From Phycisphaerae bacterium (GTDB lineage: Bacteria > Planctomycetota > Phycisphaerae > UBA1845): DNA of 12,578 nucleotides. Positions 1-6,127 of this stretch are shown here, piece after piece. The notes beneath the pieces were generated by a model that saw only the letters and a program-made list of their open reading frames with translations, was not told the DNA's origin and searched no databases. A program made the position numbers and the translations under genes. Within the stretch, counting starts at the first letter, position 1, and each line of letters opens with the position of its first letter. The stretch lies in contig JANQGB010000237.1 in the NCBI GenBank assembly GCA_028277545.1, positions 1 through 12,578 on the forward strand, in the 5' to 3' direction.

Positions 1-1
1 C

Positions 2-1690
2 GGCTACTGCTTCTACTCCGTCTGTCAGGAAGCGGACTACCAGACCAATCTGGTCAACGGTAAGTACGCCAGCTCCAACCTCGGGGAGCTGACCCGGACC
101 GTCCTGCAGACCAAGCATTTTGGCTTTGCCGATTTTGCCCCCTACGAGCCCAGCGCCGGGGCGCCGGCGGCGTTCATCGCCCAGCCAGTCATACACGATG
201 GCAAGACGGAGATTGTCGTCGCGCTGCAACTGCCGCTGGACGCCATCAACGGCATCATGGGCGTGCGGTCCGGAATGGGAGAGACGGGTGAGACTTACCT
301 TATCGGCCCCGACAAGCTGATGCGCTCCGACTCCTTCCTCGATCCTGCCAATCACTCGGTTGTGGCCTCCTTCGGCAATCCTTCCACCGGCGCGGTCGAT
401 ACGGACGCCGCTACCGCGGCCTTGAACGGCGACGCGGACGCCAGGATCATCATCGATTACAACGGCAATCCGGTGCTGAGCGCCTACACGCCCATAGATG
501 TGTTCGGGACCCGTTGGGCCTTGCTGGCGGAAATAGACGAATCCGAAGCCATGGCCGCCGTCAAGGACATGCAGGAGACTGCGGCAGCGGCCGGCACCAA
601 GTTGCTGACCTGGGTCGGTTCGGTGGGTGTGATTGCCGCGATCGTCGTAACGCTGATCAGCATGATCATGACGCGCGGAATCACCAGCCCGCTCAGGCAG
701 ATCTTCCGAGGCCTGAAGTCGTTCAGCCGTTCGGAGTTGAAGGAGACCGCGAGTACCTTCAACCGCATCATCGACGGAATGTCCGAAGGAGTTGCCCAGG
801 TCAACGATGCCGCGGGGCAGGTATCCAGCGCGTCTCAGCAGTTGGCCGAGGGCGCCAGCGAACAGGCCTCCTCGCTGGAGGAGACCTCCAGCGCCCTGGA
901 GGAGATGGCCGCCATGACGCGGGCCAACGCCGAGAACGCCAGGAAGGCCAACGATCTCGCCGGGCAATCGCACAAGGCCGCCGAAGATGGCGACAAGACT
1001 ATGGCGGCCATCAACGATTCGTCTGACCAGATCAGCAAGATCATCAAGGTTATCGAGGAGATCGCATTCCAGACCAACCTCCTGGCACTCAACGCGGCGG
1101 TGGAGGCTGCCCGGGCCGGTGAACACGGCAAGGGCTTCGCGGTGGTGGCGGACGAGGTGCGCAGCCTGGCTCAGCGAGCGGCCGAAGCGGCCGGTGAGAC
1201 CACCAGTCTCATCGGCAACTCGGTAAGCAAGTCGCGCGAGGGCACTCAGGCGATACGAGGTATCGTGGACGGCGTGGCCCAGGTTACGGAGTTGATCAAC
1301 GGGATCGCCCAGGCCAGCGAGCAGCAGGCCCAGGGGGTGGATCAGGTCAACACGGCCGTTTCCCAGATGGACCGGGTGACGCAATCGAACGCTTCGAGTG
1401 CCGAGGAGTCAGCCTCAGCGGCCGAGGAGCTGAGTTCCCAGGCAGCGTCGACCGCGGGACTGGTAGACGACCTGATCATCCTGGTGCAGGGTGATCAGGC
1501 CCGTGCTGCCGGTGCAACTGCGAACTCCGGCGTGCGGAGCCCGCAGACGAACACGCGGCACGCGGTGCACGCGGACAGTATGCAGCAGACGTCATCGGCG
1601 GAAGAGAGCATCCCGATGCAGGTCGGTGCAGAAGGCGGATCGGCAGATGACCTTGCCGGCCTCGATGACGGCGACCTCAACGAGTTCTGA
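2..1690 (+). CDS. Methyl-accepting chemotaxis protein, 5'-partial. Periplasmic dCache-like sensor, TM helix, HAMP and MCP signalling domain. The gene starts upstream of the window.
   Basis: Frame 2 is open from base 2 with no stop before 1688-1690. Translation contains the highly conserved MCP signalling-domain core [42 protein letters not shown] segment ([19 protein letters not shown]) is followed by a HAMP-like stretch. The N-terminal part ([13 protein letters not shown]...[31 protein letters not shown]) resembles a Cache-type ligand-binding domain. Glu/Gln/Ser-rich methylation heptads are present. Confidence 0.9.
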   Translation, partial: GYCFYSVCQEADYQTNLVNGKYASSNLGELTRTVLQTKHFGFADFAPYEPSAGAPAAFIAQPVIHDGKTEIVVALQLPLDAINGIMGVRSGMGETGETYLIGPDKLMRSDSFLDPANHSVVASFGNPSTGAVDTDAATAALNGDADARIIIDYNGNPVLSAYTPIDVFGTRWALLAEIDESEAMAAVKDMQETAAAAGTKLLTWVGSVGVIAAIVVTLISMIMTRGITSPLRQIFRGLKSFSRSELKETASTFNRIIDGMSEGVAQVNDAAGQVSSASQQLAEGASEQASSLEETSSALEEMAAMTRANAENARKANDLAGQSHKAAEDGDKTMAAINDSSDQISKIIKVIEEIAFQTNLLALNAAVEAARAGEHGKGFAVVADEVRSLAQRAAEAAGETTSLIGNSVSKSREGTQAIRGIVDGVAQVTELINGIAQASEQQAQGVDQVNTAVSQMDRVTQSNASSAEESASAAEELSSQAASTAGLVDDLIILVQGDQARAAGATANSGVRSPQTNTRHAVHADSMQQTSSAEESIPMQVGAEGGSADDLAGLDDGDLNEF

Positions 1691-1712
1691 AACACGTCCG
1701 TGGTAGCGTGAT

Positions 1713-1752
1713 GGCGGGCGCCGGGTGACCTCGGCCAGGCCCGGCGCCCGCC
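1713..1752 (+). terminator. GC-rich stem-loop 23 nt downstream of the MCP stop. Perfect 13-bp stem GGCGGGCGCCGGG / CCCGGCGCCCGCC with a 14-nt loop. No U-tract follows, so this is a candidate terminator or mRNA stabiliser.
   Basis: Read directly: 1713-1725 ggcgggcgccggg is the exact reverse complement of 1740-1752 cccggcgcccgcc. The downstream sequence gatcagtgtgcc has no T-run. Confidence 0.45.
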
Positions 1753-1950
1753 GATCAGTGTGCCAGCAGAGTCACTCCCCTCACAACGCGGGGCAATGCA
1801 GCCTGTGGCCGGCGCCGGCCAACCATGGCTGGCAACCGCCGCGCGCTTGCGTTATCCAGCATCCGGAAGGCACCCTTGCGTGTCAGCGCTACCGCCCGCC
1901 GGAGTGCACCGTCTCGCCGACACTTTCTGACACGGTTCTCTCCGTTTCAC

Positions 1951-1979
1951 TTGACGTGCTACTATTCATATAGTAATAT
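1951..1979 (+). promoter_or_regulatory. Sigma70-type promoter of the blaI-like gene. -35 TTGACG (1951-1956), 17-bp spacer, -10 TAATAT (1974-1979). RBS AAAGGAGG at 1995-2002, 6 nt before the ATG at 2009.
   Basis: Near-consensus hexamers with ideal 17-bp spacing in a locally AT-rich island inside a GC-rich genome. It sits 30 bp upstream of the start codon and is followed by a strong Shine-Dalgarno. Confidence 0.55.
1960..1975. promoter_or_regulatory. Candidate operator. Perfect 6-bp inverted repeat TACTAT-tcat-ATAGTA lies between the -35 and -10 and overlaps the -10. Likely autoregulatory binding site for the BlaI-family repressor.
   Basis: 1960-1965 tactat and 1970-1975 atagta are exact reverse complements. 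BlaI/MecI-family repressors are known to bind TAC...GTA-type dyads overlapping their own promoters. A further tagtaa copy occurs at 1991-1996 and a TAGCTA palindrome at 1987-1992. Confidence 0.4.
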
Positions 1980-2008
1980 TCCTATGTAGCTAGTAAAGGA
2001 GGCCCGGC

Positions 2009-2401
2009 ATGGACGGACCCACCCCGCATATCACCGCGGCGGAGCTGCGGATCATGAAGGTGCTGTGGCACCTCGGTTCGGGGACGGTGCGGCAGACCCT
2101 GGACGCCCTGCCCGCCGAGAAGGGTGATCCGCCGGCATACACGACAGTCATGACCATGATGAAGCAGCTAGCCGAGAAGGGCGCGCTGCTGGTGGATCGG
2201 GCGCGGCAGCCCTTCGTGTACACCCCCGCGGTGCGTCGAGACCAGGTGCTATGCGAGCGGCTGACCCAGTTCCTGCACACCGTATTCGACGGCCAGGCGG
2301 AGGAACTGGTTCTCCACCTGGCTGATGAAGCAGACCTGTCGGCGGCGGACTTGCGCCGCATCGAAGCCAAGATCAGGAAGCGAGAGAAGGCGGAGCAGTA
2401 G
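2009..2401 (+). CDS. blaI: BlaI/MecI/CopY-family (penicillinase-repressor-type) winged-helix transcriptional repressor, 130 aa. It lacks the C-terminal CxCx4CxC metal cluster of CopY, so it is BlaI-like and presumably inactivated by proteolysis.
   Basis: N-terminal pattern ITAAELRIMKVLWHLGSGTVRQTLDAL...YTTVMTMMKQLAEKGALL...FVYTP matches the S.E..VM..W.....T..TV.T.L.RL..KG.L...Y.Y signature of the Penicillinase_R family. A C-terminal dimerisation helix is present (LSAADLRRIEAKIRK). A strong RBS precedes it. An M56 peptidase gene lies immediately downstream, the canonical arrangement. Confidence 0.85.
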   Translation: MDGPTPHITAAELRIMKVLWHLGSGTVRQTLDALPAEKGDPPAYTTVMTMMKQLAEKGALLVDRARQPFVYTPAVRRDQVLCERLTQFLHTVFDGQAEELVLHLADEADLSAADLRRIEAKIRKREKAEQ

Positions 2402-2438
2402 GGCGCCCCTCGTCGGACGGAGCCAAAGAGGATAGGCC

Positions 2439-4265
2439 ATGGATGCAGCCTGGGCGGCGATCGACTGCCACGAGATATCTACGGCATTGCTGGTTTGGAT
2501 TGGTCGGGCCCTGCTGTTGGGAACGGCGTTGGCTGGTGCCACCTGGCTGCTGGTTCGGTTGCTGGGCCGCCGACTGCATCCCGGGATGGAGGCGGCGCTC
2601 TGGCTTATCGTTCTGGTACGGTTTCTTACGCCGATGGGACCGGAGTGGGAATTCTCCTTCGCTACCCTCCTGTCGAGCGCCTCACCCCGTCCATCGGTTA
2701 GTGACACGCTTCCTATGAGCTGGCCGGCGGACGAAGCTCGCGGCTTTCAATCTGCGACTCCCGAGCCCACTGCCGTTGTGGGCGCAACCTCTACAACTGG
2801 CACTACTCCGGCTCCACAGGCCTCCGATGACAGGCGGCTGGAGCGCCCCGCCGCGTCAGGGGCGGCGGACCGGACGTCACGCTGGACCACGCTTGTGGCT
2901 GTCGTGTACCTGAGCAGCGTGGCAGTCCTGTTCTGTTTGCGCATCCGGCGGTACCGGGCGTTTGTGGCCAGTTGCCGCAGCCTGCCGCCCGCGGACGACC
3001 GCACGCACCAGTTAGTTGCCCGGGTATGCAGTCGTCTAGGTTTGCGGCGAGTTCCGTCGTCGCGTAGCAGTGAAGCATCGCCCGCCCCGTTCGTTGTCGG
3101 GCTGTGGCATCCGATACTGGTACTTCCCCGCCGTCGATTCGTTCGGCCGGACGAGTTGGAGACGGTGGTCGTACACGAAGTCGCCCATCTCCGGCGGGGC
3201 GACATGCTGGTCAGACACCTGCAGTGGATCGCCGGAACGTGGCTGTTCTTCTGGCCGGTTGTTGCCTGGGTTAACCGGCGCATCGACACGGCCCGCGAGT
3301 ACGCCTGTGACGCCTGGGCCCTGCGTCATGGGCAACTCACCGCAAGCCAGTACGCCCGGTGCCTGCTCAGTGCAGCCCGTCCGAGGCCGTACCGGCGTTA
3401 CCCCGACCGCCCAGCCCTATGGCCCGTGTTCGAACCGGCCTGCATGGGCGGGCAGACAACCAACATCGAGAGGAGAATCGATATGATCCTGGACTCATCC
3501 GGTGGCCTGGCGAAGCGTCCTGTGTGGGGTCTGCTGACACTCGCCCTTATCCTGAGTTGGGGAGGCTTCGCGCTCACTGGTGCGGCCAGTGCCAACCAGC
3601 ACGCTGCAAGCGATGCAGAGACCTGGCCCGCAACCGAGGAAGCGGTCAAGCAACACGCGGTACAACTGTACCATCAGGTCGCCCAGCGAGCAGCCGCAGA
3701 CCTCAACGGTGATGGTGTGCTCGCCTATCGCGAGAAGACCATCTACCTGATCGGGCTGGCGGCGCAGGAGCAGGATGCCTTCATCGAGGAGTTCCCCTTC
3801 GCGGACCGCAATCACAACGGCCATCTCGACTTCTGGGAAGCTCACGACGCCATCCGCGGAATCACACTGATCGCGTATGCAGATAGAAGGCCGGACGCCG
3901 CCCCCGGGGCACGGCTCGACCTGGAGTTCTACCACCTGGCCTTGGAAGCTCAGCAGTGGCTAATGGATAGTGTGACCGCCGAGCCCAGCGCCACGGACAT
4001 CGCCAATATTCGCCCCATCGTCGTTCTATGTGGCGAGGACCCGCGCTCAGATCACGTCCGCAAGCTCAACCACGGCGGGCCTGAAGAACCCCGCAAGGCG
4101 CGACGTCCACGGGCCGGCGCCCCGCCCAGGTTCGGCGAGCTCGAGGGTAGTATTGCCGACCTCGAGGCGAAGCTGGCTGCGGAGCAGGACGCCGACGAGA
4201 GTGCCAGGCTCGAAGCCATGATCGCCAAACTCAGGGGGCTGCTGGCCAAGCTGGAACAGGCCTGA
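2439..4265 (+). CDS. blaR1: BlaR1/MecR1-like M56-family membrane zinc-metallopeptidase signal transducer, 608 aa, with a non-canonical sensor. The C-terminal extracytoplasmic domain carries two EF-hand Ca2+-binding loops and a terminal coiled coil instead of a penicillin-binding/transpeptidase-fold domain.
   Basis: N-terminal TM helices. HEXXH zinc motif VVHEVAHLRRGD at nt 3174-3188 (H246) within the conserved M56 context (WHPILVLPRR...VVHEVAHL...WPVVAWVNRRIDTAREYACDAWAL). A further TM helix (VWGLLTLALILSWGGFALTG) follows. Two 12-residue loops match the canonical EF-hand pattern D-x-[DN]-x-[DN]-G-x-[ILV]-x-x-x-E: DLNGDGVLAYRE (nt 3699-3734) and DRNHNGHLDFWE (nt 3804-3839), about 23 residues apart as in a paired EF-hand. 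The C-terminus is a heptad coiled coil (LEGSIADLEAKLAAEQDADESARLEAMIAKLRGLLAKLEQA). RBS AAGAGGA sits 7 nt upstream. Confidence 0.85.
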   Translation: MDAAWAAIDCHEISTALLVWIGRALLLGTALAGATWLLVRLLGRRLHPGMEAALWLIVLVRFLTPMGPEWEFSFATLLSSASPRPSVSDTLPMSWPADEARGFQSATPEPTAVVGATSTTGTTPAPQASDDRRLERPAASGAADRTSRWTTLVAVVYLSSVAVLFCLRIRRYRAFVASCRSLPPADDRTHQLVARVCSRLGLRRVPSSRSSEASPAPFVVGLWHPILVLPRRRFVRPDELETVVVHEVAHLRRGDMLVRHLQWIAGTWLFFWPVVAWVNRRIDTAREYACDAWALRHGQLTASQYARCLLSAARPRPYRRYPDRPALWPVFEPACMGGQTTNIERRIDMILDSSGGLAKRPVWGLLTLALILSWGGFALTGAASANQHAASDAETWPATEEAVKQHAVQLYHQVAQRAAADLNGDGVLAYREKTIYLIGLAAQEQDAFIEEFPFADRNHNGHLDFWEAHDAIRGITLIAYADRRPDAAPGARLDLEFYHLALEAQQWLMDSVTAEPSATDIANIRPIVVLCGEDPRSDHVRKLNHGGPEEPRKARRPRAGAPPRFGELEGSIADLEAKLAAEQDADESARLEAMIAKLRGLLAKLEQA

Positions 4266-4344
4266 CCGGCAGTTCGTTGGCAGGCAGCACCTTTGGAAAC
4301 CGGCGCTGGTCGCGGGCCGGATCGTCGAAGCGCGGCGTTAAACG

Positions 4345-5187
4345 TCAGAGGCTGAGGTGATCCGGCCCGAAGACCAGGCTGCCTCCCCAGAAGCCGGTTA
4401 TGGCCAGGAGCGCGCAGGCCGCCAGCAAGCCCAGACCATACGCCCAGCGCCACGGGCCGGTCAGTCGGTTCCAGCGCCAGATCCGCAGCACGGATAGCGC
4501 GATGGCGAGCACCATAGACGCGGTAGCGGACCATTCGTGTCGCTCGGCAATACGATGGAGTGCCTCACCGAACTGCATGGCGTCGTAGGCCATGTTGCCA
4601 GTAACAACCGCGGCGGCCGCGGCAACGGACGCGGTCAGCAGCGGTACCGCATCCGCTTTGGCGAACGCGTCGCGGCCGGTCACGGTCCACACCAGGAAGG
4701 CCAACATTGCCAGCGGAATGCCCGCCAGAGGGAAGTGAACGATCACCGGGTGGAGCCGGGCCAACCAGGGCAGGCGGTCTTGCGACCCGCCAGTGGGTGT
4801 CCCGGCGCGGTCACGCTGTTTTTCTATCGTGGTTACATCAACTGGAGTCGAGTGAGCGCTCGCAGGTTGGCCTGAGCTTTGCGCGTCCGCGGTGTCCTGG
4901 GGTGACGGTTTGGCGAACTGCGGCAGCCTCGACAGGTACCTCTCAGGATCGGCCTGGAACTTCGTCAGGCAGCGCTGGCAGCATAAGGCTACTGTCTTGC
5001 CCAGGTGCTCCACGGTGATTGCCGGGTCGGCCTTCTCCTCCGTCATTACCGGGCACCATTCATTGACGGACTGCTGCGACGCCAGGGCGGGTGCGGACAC
5101 GCCCGTGATGGTGGTAAGGACCAGGAGGAGGATGGGCAGACCGGTCCGAGAGCGGTGACTCAGATTGTCACGGACCCTCTGTGGCAT
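4345..5187 (-). CDS. Exported or membrane protein, 280 aa. Sec-type signal peptide, one TRASH/YHS-type metal-binding domain (C-x23-C-x3-C), a Pro/Ser/Thr/Gln linker, and a C-terminal 4-TM domain with an HPxxVHFP motif reminiscent of DUF2231-type membrane proteins.
   Basis: CPVMTEEKADPAITVEHLGKTVALCCQRCLTKFQADPERY is the same motif as the three repeats in the upstream gene. The hydrophobic N-terminus LPILLLVLTTITGVSAPALA precedes it. The C-terminal half carries the TM segments LPWLARLHPVIVHFPLAGIPLAMLAFLVW, VPLLTASVAAAAAVV, WSATASMVLAIALSVL and WAYGLGLLAACALLAITGF. It starts 12 nt after the upstream gene's stop and is co-oriented with it, so the two form an operon. Confidence 0.75.
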   Translation of the reverse strand: MPQRVRDNLSHRSRTGLPILLLVLTTITGVSAPALASQQSVNEWCPVMTEEKADPAITVEHLGKTVALCCQRCLTKFQADPERYLSRLPQFAKPSPQDTADAQSSGQPASAHSTPVDVTTIEKQRDRAGTPTGGSQDRLPWLARLHPVIVHFPLAGIPLAMLAFLVWTVTGRDAFAKADAVPLLTASVAAAAAVVTGNMAYDAMQFGEALHRIAERHEWSATASMVLAIALSVLRIWRWNRLTGPWRWAYGLGLLAACALLAITGFWGGSLVFGPDHLSL

Positions 5188-5199
5188 TGCTGCACCGTA

Positions 5200-5892
5200 C
5201 TACCGGTGACCGTCGTGTCCATGATCACCGTGGTCGTGGGCGCCGTGCTCATGTGCCTCGTGATGATCGCCGGAGCGCTGCTTTTCGGCCGGTTTGAGCT
5301 GTTCCGGCTTCAGTACGAAGCCTTGTGCCGCGAGCTTGGAGGCGTACTTGGCCGGATCGTCGTAAAACTTCTTCTCGCAGGCGGAGCAGCAGAAGTAGAT
5401 CTTCTGGCCGGTCTTGATGGTCGTGAAGGCCTGCGGGCTGATTTCGCCGCCCATGACCGGGCACTTGGTCTGATAGCTGTAGCTGTTGGCCAGCGCCGCT
5501 GCGTACTTGCCGGGATCCTTCTCGTACTTGCTGGCGCACCCCTTGCAGCAGAAGGAGACTTTCCTGCCGTTCTGTTCGACGGACGTCTTCCCGTCCACTG
5601 GCTCGCCCGTGACGGGACATGTGACCTGGATCGCGGGACGGTCGGCCATCGCCTGGCGCTGGGCAGCCACCTTGGCCGCATACTTCGCCGGATCCTTGCC
5701 GTACTTGGCCAGACAGGAGTCGCAGCAGAAGAACGCCGGCCCCTCGTCAGTGCTGGCCCGGAAGGCCAGGTTGGCCGGCTCGTCCATGATCGGGCATTGC
5801 GGCATGGGCTTGGCACCGTCACCCGCCAACGCGCTGCCGGCGCCCAGCCCGACAACCATCGTTAACCCCACAGCGATTGCTCGGCGCTTCAT
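5200..5892 (-). CDS. Secreted triple-TRASH/YHS-domain metal-binding protein with a His-rich C-terminal tail, 231 aa from ATG 5892. The in-frame ORF extends to 5931, but the start at 5892 has the RBS.
   Basis: Three ~45-aa tandem repeats each carry C-P-[IV]-[MT]...F-C-C-x-x-C...K[YF]xxDPxKYA (C-x22/23-C-x3-C, the TRASH pattern): CPIMDEPANLAFRASTDEGPAFFCCDSCLAKYGKDPAKYA, CPVTGEPVDGKTSVEQNGRKVSFCCKGCASKYEKDPGKYA and CPVMGGEISPQAFTTIKTGQKIYFCCSACEKKFYDDPAKYA. Signal peptide MKRRAIAVGLTMVVGLGAGSALA. C-terminal tail GDHHEAHEHGAHDHGDHGHDGHR (nt 5203-5271). The minus-strand RBS GGAGG (plus-strand cctcc 5900-5904) lies 7 nt before ATG 5892. Confidence 0.8.
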   Translation of the reverse strand: MKRRAIAVGLTMVVGLGAGSALAGDGAKPMPQCPIMDEPANLAFRASTDEGPAFFCCDSCLAKYGKDPAKYAAKVAAQRQAMADRPAIQVTCPVTGEPVDGKTSVEQNGRKVSFCCKGCASKYEKDPGKYAAALANSYSYQTKCPVMGGEISPQAFTTIKTGQKIYFCCSACEKKFYDDPAKYASKLAAQGFVLKPEQLKPAEKQRSGDHHEAHEHGAHDHGDHGHDGHR

Positions 5893-6127
5893 CGCATGTC
5901 CTCCACCGGTCGGGTTTCTGTCCATCTCCATGCCCGGATTGTGCCGGGCCGGGAACGAGCCCTATCGATTGCCGCTCGCTTACGTGATGTGTTGCGGGTC
6001 CTCCGGCCAGAGCACCCCTGCATCGCGCAGGCAACATACCCATGGCCCGCGGGCGGGTCAACAGGGAGTGTTGCCCGCCCAGTGCATAGCGCAAAATCCT
6101 GCGCGGCAGCGGTACCTGCGACCAGGC

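Noticed and set aside
2009-2401. Possibility that the repressor is a copper-sensing CopY rather than BlaI-type
   Set aside because: The C-terminus (…RRIEAKIRKREKAEQ) contains no Cys residues, whereas CopY needs a CxCx4CxC metal cluster. Together with an adjacent M56 protease gene, this argues for a proteolytically controlled BlaI/MecI-type repressor.
2443-2718. Alternative-frame ORFs overlapping the start of the blaR1-like gene (2443-2718 and 2495-2701)
   Set aside because: They lie entirely within the well-supported M56 peptidase frame, whose RBS is correctly spaced for ATG 2439, and their products are Trp/Arg/Gly-rich nonsense.
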